A DNA stretch of 64,000 nt from Williopsis jadinii (taxonomy: Eukaryota), in contig AP024665.1 of assembly GCA_024346625.1 (NCBI GenBank), positions 2,294,001 through 2,358,000 of the forward strand, in the 5' to 3' direction. Below the pieces are notes generated by a model that was not told the origin of the DNA, did not search any database, and saw only the letters and a program-made list of their open reading frames with translations. The position numbers were made by a program, and so were the translations under genes. Of this stretch, positions 54,953 to 64,000 are shown piece after piece (position 1 is the first letter of the stretch; every line of letters begins with the position of its first letter).

Positions 54953-56374
54953 ATGCTTAGTACTGGTGTGCTGATACGGCGGTGTACATGTTCGAAGCCT
55001 GTGATACTTCAAATAGCTCAGCATAGACACCTGACTAGCACGTTGTCGCTGTTGAACAGGGTGCCGGATAAGAACCCGGGTGTTGATAAAGCCAAAGGTG
55101 ATGGTGATGGTGATGTTGGTGGTGAGGCCAGGGACAAACAGGCCGGTCCTGTGGATGAGTATCTCAATTCTCTAAGACCGAAACTGGATAAAGCGCACGC
55201 GCTGTACCAGTCCACCAGAAGGAAGACCCACCAGTTTGTTGATGCTGTTAAGCTGCACTATGCTAAGGCTAAGCAGTCCATCAAGGATGCTAATGTTAAG
55301 CTTGCACAACAGGAGAAGGAGCTTGCCACTTATGACTTCAACGAGGACTTCACGAGCGATCGGGTCAAAGCAGGTGAACATTCCAAAATTGAAGGGCTAC
55401 CAAGTGAGCGTGAGAGGAGAAGGAAGTTATGGGCAAAGAAGCTTGATCTCTATATGGATTCCCTCCAAGAGACCATATTCACAGCGACGAGGGCTTTGAA
55501 CGACGTTACGGGCTATTCCTCGATTCAGAAACTGAGACAGAGCATCGATGCCCTAGAGAAGGAGCTCGAAGCTTCGAAGCTGGCGTTCAAGGATGCCAAA
55601 CAGGCTTACGATTCGGCAATTTCCAAGAGGTTGGAATCCCAGAGAGAGGTCAATGAGCTACTACAGCGGAAATCTACCTGGACGCCAGCTGACCTTGAGA
55701 GATTCACAACGCTGTATAGGGACGACCACATCAACTCTGCCAATGAAAAGGAGACAAAGATAGCGATGGATTTGGCAGAGCAGAGACAGGAGGAGCTCTA
55801 CGACAAGCTATCCAATGCGATCTTGACCCGTTACCACGAGGAGCAGATTTGGTCTGACAAGATCAGAAGAACCTCAACATGGGGGACATTCGCATTGATG
55901 GGTGTGAACATCATCCTGTTCCTGGTGTTTCAGCTGGCCTTAGAACCTTGGAAGAGAAGAAGGCTGGTTGGCAATTTTGAATCAAAGGTCCAGCAAGTGT
56001 TGGACGAGAACTCCAAGAACCAAAACGAGAAACTGGACATTATGACTGAAAAGATGGAATCGTTAAAGCAGAGCGACATCCAAGGATTCCAGATGATTGA
56101 AGAAGGCATCTGTGAAGAGGTAACTGATGATATCGATGATCTATTCGTAACGCCACCAATCATCCAAGAACTACCACTACCATTGGAGCTACAGTGCAAC
56201 AACTACCTGTATATGCTAAAGGCACTGTGGGATAAGATCGTGGAACCATTTAGAGAACCATGGCTGTTGATAACCAACAGGGAACTTGGTAGTTTGACGA
56301 TCCAAAGGGAAGAATTGCTCTCTGTTTTAACTGTCTCACTGGTCCTTGGAACTATCCTTGGAATGGTGATATAG
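54953..56374 (+). CDS. SHE9: Mitochondrial inner-membrane coiled-coil protein She9/Mdm33
   Basis: LNDVTGYSSIQKL, SQREVNELLQRK, ILTRYHEEQIWSDKIRRTSTWGT, EPWKRRRLV. Confidence 0.95.
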   Translation: MLSTGVLIRRCTCSKPVILQIAQHRHLTSTLSLLNRVPDKNPGVDKAKGDGDGDVGGEARDKQAGPVDEYLNSLRPKLDKAHALYQSTRRKTHQFVDAVKLHYAKAKQSIKDANVKLAQQEKELATYDFNEDFTSDRVKAGEHSKIEGLPSERERRRKLWAKKLDLYMDSLQETIFTATRALNDVTGYSSIQKLRQSIDALEKELEASKLAFKDAKQAYDSAISKRLESQREVNELLQRKSTWTPADLERFTTLYRDDHINSANEKETKIAMDLAEQRQEELYDKLSNAILTRYHEEQIWSDKIRRTSTWGTFALMGVNIILFLVFQLALEPWKRRRLVGNFESKVQQVLDENSKNQNEKLDIMTEKMESLKQSDIQGFQMIEEGICEEVTDDIDDLFVTPPIIQELPLPLELQCNNYLYMLKALWDKIVEPFREPWLLITNRELGSLTIQREELLSVLTVSLVLGTILGMVI

Positions 56375-56547
56375 ACACACGTGTAAATAGACATTTCTAG
56401 CATGATATATGTATAAATAACAACACGTAATAGGCCACCATGTATATATAGCAGTTGTAGTTGGATCTGGATAGATCACGTGCCATATCACGTGGCTACC
56501 TCGGAACTCCACACTCTTCCGGGAAGAGCATAGCGGTGGCGGCGAGG

Positions 56548-56597
56548 AAACAACAACACCAACAACAACACCAACAACACCACCACCATCAACACCA
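56548..56597 (+). repeat. CAA/CAC microsatellite in the RPT3 leader
   Basis: AAACAACAACACCAACAACAACACCAACAACACCACCACCATCAACACC. Confidence 0.7.
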
Positions 56598-56627
56598 ACT
56601 AGGCCTGTTTTATTTATCATTCAGGCA

Positions 56628-57899
56628 ATGGAAGAACTCGGGATCCAGCCTTCACCGGCTCCAACGGCGGACAAGTCAAAGCTCGAATCGCTGTTCATAT
56701 CGAACAACACCAACTTGAGCAATAACAACAGTAACAACACAGCATCAGATATATACCTCAAGTTGAAGAAGTTGGAGAAGGAGTATGAGCTCCTATGTCT
56801 TCAGGAGGACTACATCAAGGACGAGCAACGTCACTTGAAGAGAGAGCTGGTTAGGGCTCAGGAAGAGGTTAAGAGAATACAGTCTGTTCCGTTGGTTATA
56901 GGCCAGTTCTTGGAACCAATTGATCAAAACGTTGGTATAGTTTCATCGACAACTGGCTCGAACTACGTTGTGAGAATCCTATCGACGTTGGACAGGGAGC
57001 TACTGAAATCATCTGCTTCCGTAGCACTACACCGTCATTCCAATGCGCTAGTTGATATCTTGCCACCAGAGGCGGACTCGAGTATTGCCATCTTGGGTGA
57101 CGGTGAAAAGCCAGATGTCACGTACGCTGACGTTGGAGGATTGGATATGCAAAAGCAGGAGATCAGGGAGGCTGTGGAGTTGCCATTGACACAGGCCGAC
57201 CTCTACAAACAGATTGGTATTGATCCACCAAGAGGTGTGTTGCTCTATGGACCTCCAGGTACAGGTAAGACGATGTTGGTCAAGGCCGTTGCTAATAGCT
57301 CCACGGCATCCTTTATTAGAGTGAACGGTTCTGAATTTGTGCAAAAATACTTGGGTGAAGGTCCACGTATGGTGCGTGACGTTTTCAGACTCGCTAGAGA
57401 AAACTCACCTTCAATTATCTTTATCGATGAAATTGATGCCATCGCAACAAAACGTTTCGACGCCCAAACGGGTGCTGATCGTGAAGTGCAGCGTATTCTT
57501 TTGGAGTTGTTGAACCAAATGGATGGTTTTGACCAGACATCCTCTGTTAAAGTCATTATGGCTACAAATAGAGCTGATACTTTGGACCCTGCGTTGTTGA
57601 GACCAGGACGTTTGGATAGAAAGATTGAATTCCCATCTTTGAGAGATAGAAGAGAGCGTCGTCTCATCTTCTCCACCATTGCTTCTAAGATGTCCCTCTC
57701 TCCAGAGGTTGATCTCGACTCGTTGATTATTAGAAACGACCCACTTTCAGGTGCCGTTATCGCTGCAATCATGCAAGAGGCTGGTTTAAGAGCAGTGAGA
57801 AAGAACAGATATGTCATTCTACAAAGCGACTTGGAAGAAGCCTACAGCTCACAAGTGAAGACTGGCAGTGAAGTTGACAAGTTTGAATTCTACAAATGA
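56628..57899 (+). CDS. RPT3: 26S proteasome AAA-ATPase subunit
   Basis: [33 protein letters not shown]-terminal FEFYK. Confidence 0.97.
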   Translation: MEELGIQPSPAPTADKSKLESLFISNNTNLSNNNSNNTASDIYLKLKKLEKEYELLCLQEDYIKDEQRHLKRELVRAQEEVKRIQSVPLVIGQFLEPIDQNVGIVSSTTGSNYVVRILSTLDRELLKSSASVALHRHSNALVDILPPEADSSIAILGDGEKPDVTYADVGGLDMQKQEIREAVELPLTQADLYKQIGIDPPRGVLLYGPPGTGKTMLVKAVANSSTASFIRVNGSEFVQKYLGEGPRMVRDVFRLARENSPSIIFIDEIDAIATKRFDAQTGADREVQRILLELLNQMDGFDQTSSVKVIMATNRADTLDPALLRPGRLDRKIEFPSLRDRRERRLIFSTIASKMSLSPEVDLDSLIIRNDPLSGAVIAAIMQEAGLRAVRKNRYVILQSDLEEAYSSQVKTGSEVDKFEFYK

Positions 57900-57927
57900 G
57901 AATATAATGGAATGATTTGTGGAGTGT

Positions 57928-59455
57928 TCAAATACCATACACAACCTTGTAGATGTCAATACCTGGATGGAACGTTCTCAAATCTGAAATGTCAAAATGA
58001 TCCATGTCCAAGTGCCATTTATAACTCCAAACGAGCTCGAGGTTGAGGTGTTCATTGTCAATGGATTCCAGAAGTGGTAGTGAAGAACGCGGTGTTATCA
58101 AAAGCGTATCCTGTAATTGTGCCAATGTAGACACGAGTTGATCAACTTCACATCCCATTAGATCAATCAGTAGATCTCCAAACTCGTATGGAGGCACTTG
58201 AGTTGCAATTGTCAAGTCCTCGTTCCCCAAGAGCCATGTTGGTGGTGAATATGTCCTCCACCAGACTTGCGAACCGTGGTAGCCCGTTTTATAAAGCTGA
58301 TCCAATGACTCAATAACACCTCTTTGGTGTAGTGAACCCATAACTATACCCAGAGCTATGTTGAAGATACACCATAGAGTCATAATCAATTCGACAAACC
58401 TTGGTGTTTCGAAGTTTGTGAAGTCAATACAGATGCAGATGAGAGGTACCAGTGGTGTAAGGAACCTGAGTTCTTGATGTGGCACAATGGAAAGAAACAG
58501 CAGCCCTGAAAAGATTGACAGGTATGGTATGGAGGCCTTGTAATGGTTTCTAAAGAAGAATGGGATGATAGCCGGTCCAATGATCTGGGGGAGGTTCACC
58601 AAGATGTGTGTATACCTTGGGTGTAATCCATGTCTGGCAAGGTTCTCCACCTGAGAGTTGTATATCAGGTTGTTCAATGGAGTGATGACATACTCATCTG
58701 ACTGGAATAGCACAGTGTCGAAGTATATCAACACCAATGATGTCACTATGGTTGATGCTATCAACAGCAGAAATGACAGCTTGAACCTTAGGAATCTCTT
58801 TATCAGGGTAAGCATTGGGAATATGAGAAACGATAGGAACGTTATCCTATTGAACGTACCAATGGCAATTAGAGCTCCCATCAGCAGAGAGACTCTGTAG
58901 TGTGGGTATTTGACTTTCGACTTCTCACTCTGTCTTAACAGATGGATCAGGCACAGTGTCAGCAGTAACACCTGGGTCTCGATGGAGTTTGAGAAAGTGT
59001 GCGATTGATACGTCCAAGTGATGTATGACGTAAATATGAAGAAAAGGGTCTTCGAAACCTCTTGTTTCGTCTCGCAGAGTATACTCGTGGCGATCTGCAC
59101 CGTTATGAAGTAAGTTGTGACCAGTTGTAGACGAGCCATATACATCAATGCCAGAGGCCTAAAGTGTAGCCAGTGTTTGTTCAGCCATAGCAGGGGTCCA
59201 TACACAAGGTAGAGTAGTGAAATACTTCTACTGGGGCTTGCTGGATCGAATTCCCACGGTATATTCGTAGAATAGTTCAACAATTGGTCTATATTGAAAG
59301 GTTAGTGTTTGCGTGGTGATAATTGAATCATTATACGTACGTGTTAGTACCTCTAGCGATTGGAAATGTTCATCCGGATGGATGTACGATGGCTCCAGCG
59401 CAAAGAACAGCACTGCTATGTAGCTCAAGTAGTGTACAACCTTCCAATTGACCAT
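57928..59455 (-). CDS. SMP3: GPI mannosyltransferase 4 (Alg9-like GT22); exons 59455-59341 and 59288-57928
   Basis: SYIHPDEHFQSLE, PWEF, TFSNSIET, HGLHPRYTH, PHQELRFL; intron GTACGT..CACTAAC..TAG (59340-59289) joins in frame. Confidence 0.92.
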
Positions 59456-59566
59456 GGTGAACCCCCTGTCTTCTACCTTTAATTAGTAAAGGCATCAAGC
59501 TGAGCTGCGAGCGTGAAGAATCTCCAACTTTTGGGCCCCGTTCCGAAAATCGGTAAAAAATATGTT

Positions 59567-59629
59567 TGCTTATGTAATCAGAATTAGTCTCTGCTTATGT
59601 AATCACGATTACTCTCTGCTTATGTAATC
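59567..59629. repeat. 25-bp tandem repeat, three copies of TGCTTATGTAATC (bZIP-like), in the SMP3/MRPL32 promoter
   Basis: Identical 13-mers at 59567, 59592 and 59617. Confidence 0.85.
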
Positions 59630-59768
59630 CAAATATACTCCAAAGGGGAGGAATTTTTCACCACTGGGCGCTGTTTTCCTCGATGAAAAGTTTCTTTCTT
59701 CGAACCGGTTCCATCGAGGCAGAACAAACAACGAGGAGGGTTTACACGTGCTTTCTTCTCTATTACAA

Positions 59769-60317
59769 ATGTCTCTTAGCATCAACCTTGGAAAGCTCGC
59801 TGCTGGGCTGAGCTTCCCACGTCTTCCTGAGATTAGAGTGACGATACCTAATCCGTTTGTATCCACAACAAGCACTTCGAACGCTGTGCAAGCTTCGCCA
59901 GACTTGCAAAGACGCTTACAGGAGTACTTGGAGAACAGACCTGTTGAGGAGTCGTTCTTCATTGACAATGGGCTGCTGAGAGCTGTTCCTAAGAAGAAAG
60001 TGACCTACAACAGAAAGAGACAGAGACAGTTGAAGCCAACCTTAAAACAGCTTCCATACCTCCACCACCTGAACCGTTGTCCATCGTGTGGACACACCAA
60101 AAGGGCAAACACCCTGTGCATGCACTGTGTGCTACAGATCAAGAACCTGTGGAAGCAAGATTCCAAGGGGGAGAGCGAGATCGTCGAGCAGGTGCTGGAT
60201 CCAGTTGATAAGAAGGTGTTGTACCCAGGCAAGAAGCAGACCGAGTATGAGAAGGAGCTGGAGAAGAAGGAGTACGTTTTGCGCCGCTCAAGAAGCTTAC
60301 CACTGTCTAGAAAATGA
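59769..60317 (+). CDS. MRPL32: Mitochondrial ribosomal protein bL32m
   Basis: LRAVPKKK, CPSCGHTKRANTLCMHC zinc motif, LYPGK. Confidence 0.92.
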   Translation: MSLSINLGKLAAGLSFPRLPEIRVTIPNPFVSTTSTSNAVQASPDLQRRLQEYLENRPVEESFFIDNGLLRAVPKKKVTYNRKRQRQLKPTLKQLPYLHHLNRCPSCGHTKRANTLCMHCVLQIKNLWKQDSKGESEIVEQVLDPVDKKVLYPGKKQTEYEKELEKKEYVLRRSRSLPLSRK

Positions 60318-60487
60318 GTCCAAGCACTCGGCGAAGAAAGCATCTATAGGAGAGGCATATAGCTAACAACATGTATATAGCACTAGTGTTACACTTATTC
60401 ACGCGTAGACGGGACTTGTACCACGCAAAATGACAGGAAAATGTTCATATTATACGGATTACACTGAAAAGATTAATGTATACGTCG

Positions 60488-61252
60488 TTACATGATAACG
60501 CAGCACTTGGAACCCTCGGTCTTCTCCTCCTTGGCAGGTTCTGAGGCTCTAGCAGCTTCGGCTGTCTTCTTAACACTCTGTGTAGCCTTCGTGGCCTCCT
60601 CCTTTACAGGCTCGGCAGACACAGCTGCCGTCGAGGTGGAAGGTGTTGAGATGTACTTCTTCACTATTCCGTAAAAGGTTTCACCTTGGATGAATGCGAT
60701 TTTCTTTTCAAGCTCGGAGGGCTGTCTGGAGCCGTCGCTGCCTGCGTAGGCACCGGCACCCCATGGAGAGCCACCATGGGGCTCCTCCAAGTTCGTCAAC
60801 TGGCCAAACGAGTTCTTGTAGCCCAATGGCACGTAGATCATACCGTGGTGGGAGAACAGCGACAGAGAGTTTCTGATCGTCACCTCTTGTCCACCGTTTG
60901 GAGAGCCCGTGGAGACAAAGAGACCGTATGGTTTACCGTGGAGCGCACCGCTGGCCCACAGGCCACCTGTAGCGCCCCAGAAGGACAGGAATTGCGCTGG
61001 CACGGTACCGAATCTCGTTGGAAGGCCAAACAGGAACGCATCGTACTGTTGCAAGGTGTCGACAGAAGCAACTGGGATGTCTGCTGGCTTTGCTGGCGCG
61101 TGGATGAGGGTCAGCACTTCCTCGTTCAGCGTCTCTGGCACCTGGAAGATGTCGGCCTCTCCGCCGGCCTGGACAATACCCTGTTGTACCTCTTTGGCCA
61201 ATTGTGTGACGTGGCCGTAAGTCGAGTACTGGATGATAGCGATCTTAGCCAT
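60488..61252 (-). CDS. YCP4: Flavodoxin-like NAD(P)H:quinone oxidoreductase (WrbA family) with C-terminal CCVIM lipidation tail
   Basis: [27 protein letters not shown]; CaaX end; adjacent to MRPL32. Confidence 0.88.
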   Translation of the reverse strand: MAKIAIIQYSTYGHVTQLAKEVQQGIVQAGGEADIFQVPETLNEEVLTLIHAPAKPADIPVASVDTLQQYDAFLFGLPTRFGTVPAQFLSFWGATGGLWASGALHGKPYGLFVSTGSPNGGQEVTIRNSLSLFSHHGMIYVPLGYKNSFGQLTNLEEPHGGSPWGAGAYAGSDGSRQPSELEKKIAFIQGETFYGIVKKYISTPSTSTAAVSAEPVKEEATKATQSVKKTAEAARASEPAKEEKTEGSKCCVIM

Positions 61253-61975
61253 GGCGTCCTCTAGTCTGCTCGCTGCGTGGGATTTGGTACTATGCTGTGC
61301 CGACTAGTTTGGCGAAAGAAGAGGGATAACCCACAATTGATATAAAAGAATCGGGGCCCAAGCAGGACACACAACTCAAGACAAGACAAGCACGAAAAAA
61401 AACACCAGACAAGCTGCAAACTTGTCAGTTGCACCGCTAAATGGCTGTATAACCTGGTGCAATCACCGCCTGTGTCGATTATTAAACATGCAAGTCCAAT
61501 TTGTAATGTCCTTAGTCATTGATTGCATGTCCCGCCAAACAGCGCACACCACCGCCTACGAGCTGAAACCCACAGCTACCGGGCTGCGCGCGCCATCATG
61601 CACAGTAAGCATTTGTAAGTAAATTTGTCAGAAAAGGATAAGCCCGCGCTGTTTGTCTGGACATGTCCCGAGCAGGATGACGAGATTTAGGTGGTGAATC
61701 TTACAATGCGTTCGTACACGGAGGGTGCTGCCTCACGCTGGGAGCCAATTGTCTGGGAGGACTTGGACAGAGTGGCTCGTGTGTGGTTTCCAGCGTGGGA
61801 AAAAGAAACCCACCGCAGCGGGAGAGGGAAAAGACACGAAGCGAGGGAAAGGACATTCTGTATAAATAGAAAACGGTTTGTCCCAACTTTTTTGTGTGTA
61901 CTTGAGGGTTTGTCCTGTACTTCAATTCTCGTTCCTGATCATCTCAGATAGAGTTCTTCTATAACTATACACACC

Positions 61976-62578
61976 ATGGCTCCAAAGGTTGCAATTATCA
62001 TCTACAGTTTGTACCACCACGTTGCACAGCTGGCAGAGGCTGAGAAGGCCGGTGTTGAGGCCGCTGGCGGTGTCGCTGACATCTACCAAGTGCCAGAGAC
62101 GCTCGATGATGCCACGTTGAAGCTCCTCCAAGCGCCAGAAAGACCAAACTACCCAATTGCTACTCCAGACACATTGACCCAGTACGATGCCTTTTTGTTT
62201 GGTATTCCAACTAGATTCGGTAACTTCCCAGCACAGTGGAAGGCCTTCTGGGACTCCACCGGTGGCCTCTGGGCTAGTGGTGCGCTTTACGGTAAGATCG
62301 CCGGTGTCTTTGTCACCACCGGTACCCCAGGTGGTGGTCAAGAGGTTACCGTTTTGAACTCCCTTTCGGTGTTGGCCCACCACGGTATCATCTACGTGCC
62401 ATTGGGTTACAAGAACACATTCGGAGAGTTGACAAACTTGGAGGAGCCACACGGTAGTTCTCCATGGGGTGCCGGTGCCTACGCCGGTGGTGACGGTTCA
62501 AGACAACCAAGCAAGTTGGAGTTGTCCATTGCCACTACCCAGGGTAAGGTGTTTTACGAGACTGCTCAAAAGTTCTAA
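61976..62578 (+). CDS. PST2: Flavodoxin-like NAD(P)H:quinone oxidoreductase (WrbA family)
   Basis: [44 protein letters not shown] at 61861. Confidence 0.85.
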   Translation: MAPKVAIIIYSLYHHVAQLAEAEKAGVEAAGGVADIYQVPETLDDATLKLLQAPERPNYPIATPDTLTQYDAFLFGIPTRFGNFPAQWKAFWDSTGGLWASGALYGKIAGVFVTTGTPGGGQEVTVLNSLSVLAHHGIIYVPLGYKNTFGELTNLEEPHGSSPWGAGAYAGGDGSRQPSKLELSIATTQGKVFYETAQKF

Positions 62579-62819
62579 TGGTCTTATCCTTTAATATCAA
62601 GAGGTTATTTTCAATAAACGGTTTAATTGAATGATGAGAAATTGATAAGTCTGTAGTTGGCTTAGTGTCTTAGTGGTTTGACCAATGGGGTGTTATGAGC
62701 CCCGCGCTATGGGAATGGACGGAGCCAAAATTGAAACTCGATCGAGAAAGTTTCAAACCTCATCTCTTCCACATCAAAAGGCTCAAGGACACACGGCCTT
62801 ATAGAGAACCAGACGTAAA

Positions 62820-63290
62820 ATGAGTGAAATACTAGACCAACTGCTCATGGAAGATGTATGTATTGCTCATGATAGCACGGCCGTTACTTAGCTTGGGTCT
62901 AACTCTCCGCTGGACTTGCGTTCCAACTAGATTGCCAAATACTGTCCCCAGCCATTTGTTCAATATCACCAGTGTATTTCACAGAACCATGAGAATCCAA
63001 TGAACTGTTTGGAGAAACAGCAACAACTAGCATCGTGTATCAAGAAAGAGTGAGTTTGCAACTGTTGATTGTGGTAGAACAAGCATGCGTACTAACACAC
63101 TGCGAAACAAAGTGTTCCAGCTTTCCAAAGGATCATGGTGCAGTGTAACGACATCATGATTAAATACCAGACGTGTCTGCAGTCAAACCTCGAGAAACAA
63201 AGCGTATGTCTACCGCTGTTGAAAGACATCAGGGAGTGTGCATCTGGCTGTGTTGACATGCACACCACCTCTATGAATGAGTTGAAATGA
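62820..63290 (+). CDS. MIX14: Twin CX9C mitochondrial intermembrane-space protein Mix14/Mic14, 110 aa; exons 62820-62855, 62931-63049, 63113-63290
   Basis: Spliced product MSEILDQLLMEDIAKYCPQPFVQYHQCISQNHENPMNCLEKQQQLASCIKKDVPAFQRIMVQCNDIMIKYQTCLQSNLEKQSVCLPLLKDIRECASG... has four CX9C motifs; introns GTATGT..TCTAAC..TAG and GTGAGT..TACTAAC..AAG; next to PST2. Confidence 0.9.
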
Positions 63291-63301
63291 AGCACCCGTC
63301 C

Positions 63302-63335
63302 CCATGCCATGGACTCCATGCCATGGACTCCATGC
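63302..63335. repeat. 14-bp tandem repeat CCATGCCATGGACT (2.4 copies)
   Basis: Seen directly downstream of the MIX14 stop. Confidence 0.75.
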
Positions 63336-63369
63336 AACTGATGGAGAGGGCATCCATTGCTGGAGGCAC

Positions 63370-63400
63370 ACACCCGGACACCGCGAAAACACCCAGACAT
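63370..63400 (+). promoter_or_regulatory. Two Rap1-like sites (ACACCCGGACAC, ACACCCAGACAT), probably for a gene starting at or beyond the window end
   Basis: Close matches to ACACCCRYACAY. Confidence 0.55.
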
Positions 63401-64000
63401 CCCAAAAACCCGCTGAGAATGCCGAGGAAGTTGGCCAAATCACATTCCATAGTCGTTTCTTTTTCTTATCATTCCCTGTAGTTGGACACAACAAACAACA
63501 ACAAAACGTACAGACAACATATGCCAAAACGCGGGAAACGAAGGACTAAAAAGGACAAAAAACGCTCCCCCTCCTCCCTCCAGCTGTTGAAATTAACGGG
63601 CAAGCCGCTCACACTGCGTATATTTCTCCCTCTATCTGGCCAAGTTTTTAGTCTCTTCTCTCTCCAGTCGCAGTGCTTTTAAAAGGTTCAAAGGAGGAAT
63701 AAGCTAAGGCCATCACAAAAATTTTTACCACCTCAGCCTTCCACGCCGGAACGACCAAAAAAACTAACCACGCTGAAACTCTAACCTGTTCAGATCACAA
63801 GACCAACTTCCGTTCAGTTCCAGTATCCATCGCTGAGTGTTGTTGTGTTATTGTTCGCTGACACTCACTTGTCCCCCCCCCTTGATAGAGGATCTGCATC
63901 ACATTCCGATAGTGCTAAGCTCATCGTCTCGCCAGTGGCATTGAAATACGATGGCCACGCACGGAACGGTTTCTCCAACGGTTCCAACGATTCTGTTGAA

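Noticed and set aside
56428..56545. PACE (Rpn4) element upstream of RPT3
   Set aside because: Only partial GGTGGC matches without the canonical GGTGGCAAA; two CACGTG boxes are present but non-specific
60488..62578. Divergent flavodoxin-like paralog pair as a novel system
   Set aside because: Multiple WrbA-like paralogs and a lipidated Ycp4 are well known in yeasts
63370..63400. CACCCAGACA as an interstitial telomeric repeat or telomerase template
   Set aside because: Only one or two dispersed copies, better explained as Rap1 sites like those upstream of RPS4
63951..64000. Possible gene start MATHGTVSPTVPTILL at the window edge
   Set aside because: Only 16 codons visible; cannot be supported

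Overview
Gene-dense, intron-containing chromosomal DNA from a budding yeast (Saccharomycotina). CTG encodes conserved Leu (e.g. RPS4 KHLKR), so it is not a CUG-Ser yeast. A complex I assembly factor (CIA30) and short 50-75 nt introns suggest a non-WGD, Phaffomycetaceae-like yeast such as Cyberlindnera (inference). I find about 36 protein-coding genes; several spliced models were rebuilt by hand, and MIX14 and a 51-aa sORF are absent from the ORF track. Most genes belong to an ancestral block whose orthologs lie on S. cerevisiae chr XV (ARP8, LSC1, THI80, PNO1, MDM32, SPP2, SMP3, MRPL23, RPB2, ATG40, ISN1, PNS1) and chr IV (SPT3, SHE9, RPT3, NCB2, UTP5, HPT1, URH1, DIT1, RPB7, MRP20); this gene order is recalled, not searched. 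Highlights: (1) a stand-alone velvet-domain regulator behind a gene-free region of at least 5.9 kb; (2) a URH1-SurE-fRMsr-DIT1 segment that is inverted relative to S. cerevisiae, is bracketed by two inverted MFS transporter paralogs and lacks DIT2, with matching 10-bp phased CGG arrays and a possible nucleotide-scavenging role; (3) an HVA22/REEP-type gene with an Atg8-interacting motif at the ATG40 syntenic position. No tRNA, rRNA, CRISPR array or intact transposon was found.
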